DNA of 64,000 nucleotides from an uncultured Candidatus Binatia bacterium (GTDB lineage: Bacteria > Desulfobacterota > Binatia > Bin18), in assembly GCA_965214605.1 (NCBI GenBank), contig OZ243961.1:32001-96000 (forward strand), in the 5' to 3' direction. The position numbers and the translations under genes were made by a program. The notes beneath the pieces are model-generated. The model was not told where the DNA came from. It made no database searches and saw only the letters and a list, made by a program, of their open reading frames with translations. Within the stretch, counting starts at the first letter, position 1, and each line of letters begins with the position of its first letter. Below are positions 1 through 8,771 of this stretch, in pieces.

Positions 1-2
1 CC

Positions 3-1454
3 TCGCTGATTCCGGTCGTTGACCGCTATCTGAATCAACTCGAAGAGCACCTGTCGGCCTATAGCGGTCGGCTGCTGGTGATGCAGTCGAACGGCGGGAT
101 TATGTCGGCCGACTTGGCTCGGAACAAGCCGGCCTTTATGATCGAATCCGGGCCGGCGGCCGGAGTCTTAGCCGCGGCCCGGCTGGGTAAAGAGAGCGGC
201 TTGGACAAGGTCTTGTCGTTCGATATGGGCGGAACGACGGCCAAGGCATGTTTGATTGAAGACGGGCTGCCAGCTGAGCGGGCGGCGGGCGAAATTGGTG
301 GGGCCGCCAACGTCACCACCCATCAGTTCTACAAAGGCGGCCACGCACTGCGCGTTCCCTCGCTCGACATTGTCGAGGTCGGGGCCGGCGGCGGCAGCAT
401 TGCCTGGATCGACGATAGCGGGGCGCTGCGAGTCGGACCCCACAGCGCCGGGGCCGACCCCGGACCGGTGTGTTATGGACGGGGCGGAAACAGGCCGACG
501 GTGACGGATGCCAACGTGGTCAACGGCTACATCAACCCCGAGGCGATTGCCAACACGACGCTGCAGATTGACCATCAAGCCGCCTGGCGAGCGATCAAGG
601 GCCAGATCGCCGATCCGCTGGGACTAGATACTCGTGAGGCGGCCTACGGGATTAGCCAAATTGCCAACTCGGCCATGATGCGGGCCCTCCGAGCGGTCTC
701 GACTGAACGGGGGCGTGATCCGCGTGATTTTACCTTGGTCTCCTTTGGCGGCTCGGGCCCGGTCCATGCCGCGGCCTTGGCAGATGATATGGAGATCGGT
801 CGAGTCCTGATCCCGGTCTTTCCCGGTGTGTTCAGCGCCCTGGGACTGTTGCTGGCCGACTACCGTCATGACTATATCCGGAGCGTTGTGACGCCGATCG
901 ACGAGATACCGCCCGAGCGTATTCAGGAGCTGTACGCAGACATGCAGGGCGAGGCCCGAGATCTGATGCAGGCCGAGGGCATTGACAGTGAGCTGATTCG
1001 CTTTGAGCCCTATGTTGATATGAAATATGATTATCAACTCCAAGACCTCAGCATTCCGTGTTCCACTAGCGCTCACATCGGAGACCTGCCGGCCAAACTC
1101 GCTCACGACTTCCAGACGGCCCATGAACAGGCGTTTGGCTATACCACCGGCGATCCGATCGAGCTGGTGAGCCTCCGCCTCCGCGCCTTAGCCACTATTG
1201 GCGATATCCGCTTTCGAGACCTGGGGAGCCGGATTGACGCTGTGCCTTGTCCGCTTCCTCAAGAGTCCCGGCCGGCCTTCTTCGGGCCCCGCCACGGTCT
1301 GCGACAGACGACCGTGTGTAGCCGCAGCACTATCGCTCACCCTCAGCCCGGGCCACTCATTGTTGAGGAGCCTGACACGACCGTCCTGGTTCCGCCGGAC
1401 TGGGAGATCAGCCGCGATGTGTTCGGTAGCTTGGTGCTGACCAAGGCCGCATAA
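3..1454 (+). CDS. Hydantoinase/oxoprolinase A subunit (ATP-dependent), 5'-partial
   Basis: Frame is open from base 3 (SLIPVVDRYL...MQSNGG). Motifs ESGPAAG, DMGGTT, GAGGGSIAW, SAGADPGP.CYG, TVTDA, FGGSGPVH. Confidence 0.93.
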   Translation, partial: SLIPVVDRYLNQLEEHLSAYSGRLLVMQSNGGIMSADLARNKPAFMIESGPAAGVLAAARLGKESGLDKVLSFDMGGTTAKACLIEDGLPAERAAGEIGGAANVTTHQFYKGGHALRVPSLDIVEVGAGGGSIAWIDDSGALRVGPHSAGADPGPVCYGRGGNRPTVTDANVVNGYINPEAIANTTLQIDHQAAWRAIKGQIADPLGLDTREAAYGISQIANSAMMRALRAVSTERGRDPRDFTLVSFGGSGPVHAAALADDMEIGRVLIPVFPGVFSALGLLLADYRHDYIRSVVTPIDEIPPERIQELYADMQGEARDLMQAEGIDSELIRFEPYVDMKYDYQLQDLSIPCSTSAHIGDLPAKLAHDFQTAHEQAFGYTTGDPIELVSLRLRALATIGDIRFRDLGSRIDAVPCPLPQESRPAFFGPRHGLRQTTVCSRSTIAHPQPGPLIVEEPDTTVLVPPDWEISRDVFGSLVLTKAA

Positions 1455-1492
1455 GAGGCGAGCGCATAACCACAGTCGGCTGTGAAGGAGAA

Positions 1493-3463
1493 ATGCCAAT
1501 GTCTGAGACGCCTGGAATGGATCCAGCTCTGTCCTCTAACACCATGGCCCCGAGTCTCGTGCCGCCGCATCCCCTGCATCCCCCGACACGGGCTGAGATT
1601 GAACGTGGCGTGAGGATTCTGTCCGAGTCGGGGGCGTGTCAGGGGCGTATTGCCTTTTCCAGCGTGAGTTTGCTTGAACCGCCCAAAGAAGCGGTCAAGA
1701 ACTTTACACCAGGGAAGCCGATCACGCGTATCCTGCGTTTTCTGGGAGTAGATGAGCGTGCTGAGGAGAGCAGCTTTGACGCGCGGCTGAATATCAGTAG
1801 CGGCGAGCTGCTCGAAGTCCGGCGCCAAGCCGGCGTGCAGGCACCGCTCAGCGGCAGAGACTTTATCCGGGCGATAAAGATAACCAAGGCTCATCCCGCC
1901 TGGCAGCAGGCCGTCCGCAGACGCGGGATTGAGGATTTTGATCGGGTGCAGATCGACATGTGGCCGGCCAGCGGTCCAGCCATAAACGGGGTCGACTCCG
2001 GCCATCGCCTCGTCCGCACGATTGCCTTTGCGCGGCAGGACAAAACCGATAACGGTTACGCTCGACCGCTGCACGGCATTATTGCCTACCTCGATCTTAC
2101 CGAAGGCCGCGTGGTGCATGTCGAAGACCACGGGGTGAGGCCGATTCCGCCCGAGAGCGGACGCTATGAGCCAGAGCACCAGGCCGCGCTCCGCACCGAC
2201 CTCAAACCACTCGACATCAGCCAGCCGGAGGGGCCGAGTTTTCGCATTGATGGCTATGCTGTGAGCTGGCAGAAGTGGTCTTTTCGGGTGACTATGCATC
2301 CGCAGCACGGTCTCGTGTTACACGAGCTGTGTTATGAGGACGGGGGGCAGAGACGATCTATTCTGTACCGGGCCGCGCTGGCCGACATGGTAGTGCCGTA
2401 TGGCGACAGTGACCCGATGCATTCCTGGAAACATGTCCTCGACGCCAGCGAGACCTCGATTGGGAATCTGGCCAACTCGCTCAAGCTCGGCTGCGACTGT
2501 CTCGGGGAGATTCATTACCTGGACATCAACACGATCGCCCACGACGGATCGGCCATGACGGTCGAGAACGCGATCTGCATACACGAAGAGGACTACGGGG
2601 TGTTGTGGAAGCACATGGATATCCACTCCGCCCCTACTTTCCATACCGAGGTCCGTCGTTCGCGGCGGCTGGTGGTGAGTTCTTTCTTCACGGTTGGGAA
2701 CTACGAGTACGGCTTCTACTGGTATCTGTACCTGGACGGGACGATTCAGATGGAGATCAAACTGACCGGGATCGTTGGCGTGAGTGCGGTTGAGACCGGT
2801 ACCGAGAGGCCCGAGTTTGCGCCGCTGATTGCGCCAAACCTGGCTTCCCCCATCCATCAACACCTCTTCTGCTTTCGGCTCGACTTTGACCTCGACGGAG
2901 AGAACAATACGGTGTACGAGGTTGATGTGGAGCCACTGCTGCCCGGACCGGACAATCCGCACGGAACGCAGTTTCGTGCCCAGAGTACTCTCCTGCGGTC
3001 GGAGACCGAAGCGCGCCGAGACAGCGCACCGCACAAAAGTCGGAGTTGGCAAGTGGTGAATCCGCAGCGTCTGAACCGACTGGGCGTCCCGGTTGCCTAT
3101 AAACTGCTTGCCGGGGCAACCCCAACCCTGTTTGCTGACAAGGACTCATACGTCGGACGACGGGCCGGATTTGCCCAGCATAACCTGTGGGTCACCGCGT
3201 TCGATGCCGAGGAGCTGAGTGCGGCCGGTGATATGAGCCTGCAAAGCCCGGGCGGGGGCGGGCTGCTGGCCTATTCACGCGGACGCGATATTGAGAATAC
3301 GGATCTCGTAGTATGGCACACGTTCGGGGTAACCCATGTTCCCCGTCCCGAAGATTGGCCGGTGATGCCGGTTGAGTACAGTGGCTTTAGCCTGATACCG
3401 GTTGGATTTTTTGAACGCAATCCGGCCCTTGATCTGCCACCGAGCCTGCAGCACTGTTCGTGA
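1493..3463 (+). CDS. Copper-containing primary amine oxidase (TPQ)
   Basis: TVGNYEY TPQ consensus; Cu ligands HQH and HVPRPEDWPVMP; LGCDCLG; RBS aaggag. Confidence 0.95.
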   Translation: MPMSETPGMDPALSSNTMAPSLVPPHPLHPPTRAEIERGVRILSESGACQGRIAFSSVSLLEPPKEAVKNFTPGKPITRILRFLGVDERAEESSFDARLNISSGELLEVRRQAGVQAPLSGRDFIRAIKITKAHPAWQQAVRRRGIEDFDRVQIDMWPASGPAINGVDSGHRLVRTIAFARQDKTDNGYARPLHGIIAYLDLTEGRVVHVEDHGVRPIPPESGRYEPEHQAALRTDLKPLDISQPEGPSFRIDGYAVSWQKWSFRVTMHPQHGLVLHELCYEDGGQRRSILYRAALADMVVPYGDSDPMHSWKHVLDASETSIGNLANSLKLGCDCLGEIHYLDINTIAHDGSAMTVENAICIHEEDYGVLWKHMDIHSAPTFHTEVRRSRRLVVSSFFTVGNYEYGFYWYLYLDGTIQMEIKLTGIVGVSAVETGTERPEFAPLIAPNLASPIHQHLFCFRLDFDLDGENNTVYEVDVEPLLPGPDNPHGTQFRAQSTLLRSETEARRDSAPHKSRSWQVVNPQRLNRLGVPVAYKLLAGATPTLFADKDSYVGRRAGFAQHNLWVTAFDAEELSAAGDMSLQSPGGGGLLAYSRGRDIENTDLVVWHTFGVTHVPRPEDWPVMPVEYSGFSLIPVGFFERNPALDLPPSLQHCS

Positions 3464-3482
3464 CAGGGGAGCGTCCCGTTTC

Positions 3483-4682
3483 TTAGGCCGCGCACGAAGC
3501 CGCTAGGCTTGACAGGGCGACCCGACGGCGGCCCTCACGCAGGGCATTGCGGTCAAACCCGTTGGTCAGATAGCCGAATGAGATGCCGGTGGCCGGATCC
3601 GCCCAGCCGCTCTGCCCACCAAAGCCTGGATGACCAAAGGCTTCGGCCGAGTTGGTTTTACCAAAGGCGCGCAGGTTGGCCTTGCCGTCTCCGCCGGCTA
3701 TGGCAATGCCCAAGGCGCGTAGGGCGCGGTGACCCAGAAAAGGGTCTCTCAGATCACCGGTGCGCGGACGGCGTGCCTCTTTGAGCATCTCGGGTTGCCA
3801 GATCTGTGTGCCATCATACGCCCGACCGTCGTTGAGCAGGGCCTGATAAAACAGGGCGATATCACCGGCGGTGGTGATACAGCCGGCCGACGGCGAGCCG
3901 GCCTGGCGGGTGAGAGGCTCGTTGAGTTCGAGTACGCCGTCCTCACTAATAGCGCTCGTCGTCTTGCCAAAACCTTTGAGCCCCATTTTTTCGTACTCTT
4001 CGGGGCTCAGATCTTGACCAACCCACACGCCGTCGGCGACCTGCTCGTTGCCCGAGGGGGGAAGTCCGAGTCGGAGCTCTGGCAGCCCCAACGGTTCGGC
4101 GATTCGCGTTCGTACAAAGTCGCTCAGACTCTGGCCGCTCTGTTTTTCGATAACAGCGGCAACCGCCCAGAAATTGGACGAAATATGGTACTCAAATTTT
4201 TCCCCCGGCGTATGGCTGAGCCGCCACTGGGCAAAGCGATCTGAGCGCCGCTGGGAATCGGCCCATTCTTTCTGCCAGTGCGGGGCATAGGGAATGCCCG
4301 AGGTATGGACGAGGCAGTGCTCGACGGTCACCGCGTCTTTGCCGTTCGTGCCAAATTCCGGAATATAATCGGCGATACGATCGTCAATACGCAGCTTGCC
4401 CTCCTGCATCATGATCCAGGACGCGGCCGCGGTCAGCGCCTTGGTCGAAGACATGATGACAAAATGGGTGTCATTGGTCGCCGGCTTCTCGGTGCCGCCT
4501 TGAACTCCCGTGCCAAAGGTCTGCATTGCACCGATCTTGCCGTGGCGGGCAATAGCGACCTGGGTGGCCGGCAGTAAGCCTTCTTTGACCTCGCGTTCGG
4601 CCCGGTCGAACAAGGCCTGGACCTTCTCTGGATCAAGGCCGACTTCCTGAAGATCATTGGCAAAAAAATGTGCTGCTGGCAT
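3483..4682 (-). CDS. Serine hydrolase, beta-lactamase (class C / EstB-like) family
   Basis: SxxK (SSTK), LVHTSG, PGEKFEY, FGHPG; RBS aggaggga. Confidence 0.88.
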   Translation of the reverse strand: MPAAHFFANDLQEVGLDPEKVQALFDRAEREVKEGLLPATQVAIARHGKIGAMQTFGTGVQGGTEKPATNDTHFVIMSSTKALTAAASWIMMQEGKLRIDDRIADYIPEFGTNGKDAVTVEHCLVHTSGIPYAPHWQKEWADSQRRSDRFAQWRLSHTPGEKFEYHISSNFWAVAAVIEKQSGQSLSDFVRTRIAEPLGLPELRLGLPPSGNEQVADGVWVGQDLSPEEYEKMGLKGFGKTTSAISEDGVLELNEPLTRQAGSPSAGCITTAGDIALFYQALLNDGRAYDGTQIWQPEMLKEARRPRTGDLRDPFLGHRALRALGIAIAGGDGKANLRAFGKTNSAEAFGHPGFGGQSGWADPATGISFGYLTNGFDRNALREGRRRVALSSLAASCAA

Positions 4683-4798
4683 CTGATGTCCCTCCTTTTG
4701 TCTGTTCCCGGAATTGTACCCGGAAGAGGCTCAATAAAAAAGAAGCTGGTCAACTTCAGCAGCTTCCGCCACACACCAAAGCCCGAGAAAAGGGGGGC

Positions 4799-5167
4799 TC
4801 AGAGGTGTCTAGGAGTACCGTCCGGCAGAAACCAGGGCTTCATAAGAGCTTCGTCAGGCCACAGGAACTCGAAACCGGCGTCAAGGGCGTACTTTTTGTC
4901 GAGGTCTTCTCTATCGCCAATATGATAGTACACCTCCGCCTCGAACTTCGCCTTGACGTCGGGCAGCATCATCTTCCCCACGGCAAAGTCTACCGGGATG
5001 TGATGCCGCTCCCAGATGGCTCGCTGGGCGCTGATGGGACGGTCGGAACAGCTGCCAATCAAAAATCCCTTCTGTTGGGCTCTTCTGACCATATCCATAG
5101 TCAGGACTCCGGGAGGATCACCGACCTCTAGGGTCCCGTCTATGTCAAAACTTATCAGTATCATCAA
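4799..5167 (-). CDS. Small capless HAD-family hydrolase
   Basis: DIDGT motif I, HIGD...D motif IV; RBS aggagg. Confidence 0.8.
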   Translation of the reverse strand: MMILISFDIDGTLEVGDPPGVLTMDMVRRAQQKGFLIGSCSDRPISAQRAIWERHHIPVDFAVGKMMLPDVKAKFEAEVYYHIGDREDLDKKYALDAGFEFLWPDEALMKPWFLPDGTPRHL

Positions 5168-5186
5168 GCAGTTTCCTCCTTAGGTT

Positions 5187-6509
5187 TTAGTCAGGAGCGG
5201 CACTCCACACGGTAAAATTGCCGCCCAAGGGCATGGGCCCACCGGAGACCGCGATCTCAGGCTTGACCCCCGTGACCTGTCGGGCCCCCGCCCGTCCCTG
5301 CAACTGCTGGATGCAGTCGGTGTGCATCCAGAAACGGCTGCGGCCACTCCCGATGTTCCCACCGCTGGGTAAAACAGGGTTCGGCCCCTCAATACTGATA
5401 TCTGTCTGGTAAAAGTCTAGAGCCTCTCCAAATTTAATCCCGCGGTAGCCGAGGCCCTCGAGGTGGAACTGGTGGAACTGGGCGAAGCCATCATACATGT
5501 TTTCAAAGGACAGGTCGGCGGCGGTGATCCCGGCGCCCTCATAGAGCTTTCTGGCCGTCCTGGCGGTGTCCTCCTCAACCTCCTCTAGGGTTGGGGTAAG
5601 ACTCCTGGGCGTAGTCCTGCTCGACGTGTGGTTGAGGATGTAGACGGGTTTCTGCCTCATGTCCTTGGCCCGTTCAGGATTGGTGAACAGGTAGGCCGCG
5701 GCGACCATGATCGGGATGTCGTTATCGAACAGGTTCGCTGGCTTGGCGATCCACCGTGCGGCTCGGTAGTCCTCTGCCGTCAACTGTTCAGGTCGGTGCT
5801 GAGCCCAATATCCCTCCGGGAACAGTAGGCCGTTCCTTCTGGAGTTCGAGATAAAGGGGGCCATCATGTCGTGAGTTTTGCCGTACTTGCGACAGTACTC
5901 GGCGAACTGGAGGGCTGTTCCGTAGCAAGCCGGAGCTCCCCACAGACGGCTGAGGGCGCTCGTCCCGGAAAGGGAGTCCTGCGCGTTGGACCCGCCCTGG
6001 TAGTAGCGGCCTTCGAGGTTATGCCAGCCCTTGAGCACGAGGCAGGTGTGGGTGAGGCCAGCACCCACGGCTTGGGCAGCAACGACGATAGCGTTGGACA
6101 TGCATCCCGGAGCGTGCATAGTGAACTTGACATGTGTCAGCTCCGGCATGTTCTTCAAGAGCCACTCAGCACTCAACTTGGCGATACCGTCCAAGGGATG
6201 GTCCGTGGGGGTGAAGGCGGTGACGACATCTGTTGGGATGGGTCTGCCTTTTGGCCAGTACGCTCCCGTCGTGGTCTCAGGGACGACAACCAAACCGTCG
6301 ATCTGGTCCGGCGAGACGCCCGCGTCCTGGACCGCTTTCCTCAGCGCCTGGAGGCTCCAGGCCCCTACACAGGTATCGGGTTTGCCGTCCCAGCGCCGGG
6401 CCGTCGGAGAGTGCCCGACTCCGACGGCCGCAACCTTCCCCCTGTGTTCCCATAGCCCCAATCCCTCTGTGGTTCGATACATGGAAGCTGGAGGATTCTG
6501 GGTACTCAT
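5187..6509 (-). CDS. Thiolase-superfamily protein (SCP2/Ltp2-like)
   Basis: VAAVGVG start, DAGV...IDG, MYDGF, GGNIG, QLQGRAGARQV; coupled by ATGA overlap to the DUF35 gene. Confidence 0.85.
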   Translation of the reverse strand: MSTQNPPASMYRTTEGLGLWEHRGKVAAVGVGHSPTARRWDGKPDTCVGAWSLQALRKAVQDAGVSPDQIDGLVVVPETTTGAYWPKGRPIPTDVVTAFTPTDHPLDGIAKLSAEWLLKNMPELTHVKFTMHAPGCMSNAIVVAAQAVGAGLTHTCLVLKGWHNLEGRYYQGGSNAQDSLSGTSALSRLWGAPACYGTALQFAEYCRKYGKTHDMMAPFISNSRRNGLLFPEGYWAQHRPEQLTAEDYRAARWIAKPANLFDNDIPIMVAAAYLFTNPERAKDMRQKPVYILNHTSSRTTPRSLTPTLEEVEEDTARTARKLYEGAGITAADLSFENMYDGFAQFHQFHLEGLGYRGIKFGEALDFYQTDISIEGPNPVLPSGGNIGSGRSRFWMHTDCIQQLQGRAGARQVTGVKPEIAVSGGPMPLGGNFTVWSAAPD

Positions 6510-6928
6510 GCTTCATTCCTTTCTACGACACGCCACTCGGGAACCTTTTGGCCGTTTGGGGTCACCTCGAACACCACCTCGACACGAGCTCCGACCGGGA
6601 CCTCATCAACTGGAGTTCCAGGGAGGTGGGAGTACATCTGGATGCCTGGGTCCTCGTCCAACATAATGACGGCAACGTTGAACGGTTGATCCTCCTGAAG
6701 CAGCCTGATCGGGCAGTCGTACACCACCCCGTAGTTGTAGATTTTGCCCCGTCCACTCATCTCCTTCCATTCCAGAGTGTCCCCTGACCGACATTGACGA
6801 CATGTCGGCCCCGGCGGATGCTGAAGCCGGCTACAGGCTTGACAGTTCTGGATGACTAGCCGCCCTTGGTTGGCAGCGTCCCAGAAGGGCTGGGTCAACT
6901 CATCGGGCACCACACCCTGCTTTGGCAT
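6506..6928 (-). CDS. DUF35 Zn-ribbon/OB-fold protein
   Basis: PFW.AA..GRL.IQ.CxxC...HPP...CxxC, SGRGKIY, VG.RVEVVF; RBS ggagga. Confidence 0.92.
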   Translation of the reverse strand: MPKQGVVPDELTQPFWDAANQGRLVIQNCQACSRLQHPPGPTCRQCRSGDTLEWKEMSGRGKIYNYGVVYDCPIRLLQEDQPFNVAVIMLDEDPGIQMYSHLPGTPVDEVPVGARVEVVFEVTPNGQKVPEWRVVERNEA

Positions 6929-7141
6929 ATCTCTCCTCCATGTGGTCAGATGGCCTTCTCACTGCCCGCGACTCTAGCCCAAGGGCTTGTCCATAAGCAA
7001 GACGCACCACGCTTTAGGAAGCGGTGAAGACCCCCTCGAGACCTCTGTCAGAATCCAGACAGCATTGAACTTGCTAGGCCTGCCTCGGGGTAGTACGGTG
7101 TCATCTAATCCTGCACGGCCTGAAACACAAAGGAGGAAGCT

Positions 7142-8374
7142 ATGAGCGTGACCGCTGGACAGCATGACGTGACGCGGCCGGCGTCCCCACTGGACTTTTT
7201 GATTATTGATGCAGATCATCACTACTATGAGCCGGATGACTGTTTTACGCGACACATAGAGTCGGCGTATGCCGATCGGGTGGTCAACATTCGCCGTGGC
7301 GACGCCCAGTTCGGACGGGTCTATATCGGTGACAAACGCATACGATTTTTCAGCATTATTCCTGGTGACCACACCGGTGTGCCGGGAGCGCTTCAGGACT
7401 ACCTGAAGGACCACGCCGGTGAGGGCAACTCGCTTGTCCACGACGAGACTCTCTCCGCCCAGGATTTTCCCGAGGCCATGGACCGACCAACCCGGTTGAA
7501 AAAGATGGACGCCCAGGGTGTGGAGGCGGCGATTATGCTCCCCACTCTTGGTGTTGGGGTGGCGCACGAGTTACGCCACGATCCGCCGGCTCTGTTTGCG
7601 AATCTGCGGGCGTTTAACCGTTGGTTGCAGGAGGACTGGGGTTTTGGCACCCAGGGCCGCATCTATAGCCTCCCCATGCTGTCGCTAGTCGATATCGACT
7701 TGGCCGTGGCCGAACTCGACCGGGTCCTCGCCGAGGGAGCGCGTAGTGTGAATCTCACCCCGGGTCCGGTCAACGGCCACTCGCCAGCCGATCCGCTGTT
7801 CGATCCGTTTTGGGCGCGCTGCCAAGAGGCCGGTATTCCGGTGGTGTTCCACCTCGGCAACGATGGTCTGACCGAGTTGTACTCGGCGCAGTGGGGCGAG
7901 AATCCAACGCCGCCCAGCCACCGTTTGACCCCGTTCCAGCGCGTCGCGGCCTCGACCGAGCGGGCGACGGCCGATACACTGGGTGCTCTCGTGTTTCACA
8001 ACCTCTTTGGCCGATTTCCCCGCCTCCAGGTAGTCAGCATTGAGAACGGTGCGGGCTGGGTTGCACCCTTGCTGCGCGAGATGGATCACGTCGCACGCCT
8101 GTGTGGTCCACGCGACTGGACGTATGGGTACTGTCCGGGGCGACCCAGCGAGATTTTTAAACAGCACGTTAAGATCTCGCCGTTCCCCGAAGAAAATATT
8201 CCTGCCCTTGTCGACCTGCTGGGAGCCGAAAATGTGCTGGCGGGCTCCGACTGGCCGCATCCCGAGGGCTGCGCGGAACCAATTGATTATTTGGACGGAC
8301 TCTCAGGCTTATCTCCCGATGCGGTCCGGGCGGTTATGCGTGACAACACCGCTAAGCTGCTGAACTTGGCCTAA
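7142..8374 (+). CDS. Amidohydrolase family 2 protein
   Basis: IDADHH, FNRW, VFH, ENG..W, GSDWPHPE; RBS aggagg. Confidence 0.9.
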   Translation: MSVTAGQHDVTRPASPLDFLIIDADHHYYEPDDCFTRHIESAYADRVVNIRRGDAQFGRVYIGDKRIRFFSIIPGDHTGVPGALQDYLKDHAGEGNSLVHDETLSAQDFPEAMDRPTRLKKMDAQGVEAAIMLPTLGVGVAHELRHDPPALFANLRAFNRWLQEDWGFGTQGRIYSLPMLSLVDIDLAVAELDRVLAEGARSVNLTPGPVNGHSPADPLFDPFWARCQEAGIPVVFHLGNDGLTELYSAQWGENPTPPSHRLTPFQRVAASTERATADTLGALVFHNLFGRFPRLQVVSIENGAGWVAPLLREMDHVARLCGPRDWTYGYCPGRPSEIFKQHVKISPFPEENIPALVDLLGAENVLAGSDWPHPEGCAEPIDYLDGLSGLSPDAVRAVMRDNTAKLLNLA

Positions 8375-8719
8375 CGCGCCTTGGTCTGAAGGTCGGTAGA
8401 GGGAGTCGAGCGGCGGCCTGTGGACAGCTGAGGACCGTAGACGGGGCGGCGTTTGTCCGGTCGCCCAAGTCGGTTCAAATCTCTCGTCCGGCCGGGGCCC
8501 CTGATCCACGTCCAGCTGTCGAGATCTGAGGCTGCAGGGCAGTGGCTATAGTGGGTTTGGGCAGTCGTATTCCGGTCCTTCTTTTGCAAAGAGTCTGCCG
8601 CAGGCCGAGGGAGCACGGCAGAAGAGCGGTTCTGTTCGAAGCGTTTCTGAAAGCTGCCCGCCAAAGGTAAGTGAGAGGGGGCTCGTTAATGGTTTGGGGT
8701 GCCGGGCAGAAGGGGACGG

Positions 8720-8750
8720 AAAAGGCGGCCCGCAGGGGATGCGGGCCGGC
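8720..8750 (-). terminator. Probable intrinsic terminator
   Basis: Stem ggcccgca/tgcgggcc followed by ccttttcc on the minus strand, just downstream of the stop at 8772. Confidence 0.6.
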
Positions 8751-8771
8751 TAAGACTGAGGTGGAGTGGGA

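Noticed and set aside
380-520. Nucleotide similarity to 18048-18190
   Set aside because: This is the conserved GAGGGSIAW...VGP motif shared by two hydantoinase A paralogs, not a mobile repeat.
1343-2308. Long antisense ORFs (also 11302-12213, 24869-25843, 57156-57947, 62435-63013)
   Set aside because: Shadow frames of well-supported genes in high-GC DNA.
8440-8500. GGTTCAAATC resembling a tRNA T-loop
   Set aside because: The T-stem does not close (gtcgg versus ctctc), and there is no acceptor, D or anticodon arm.
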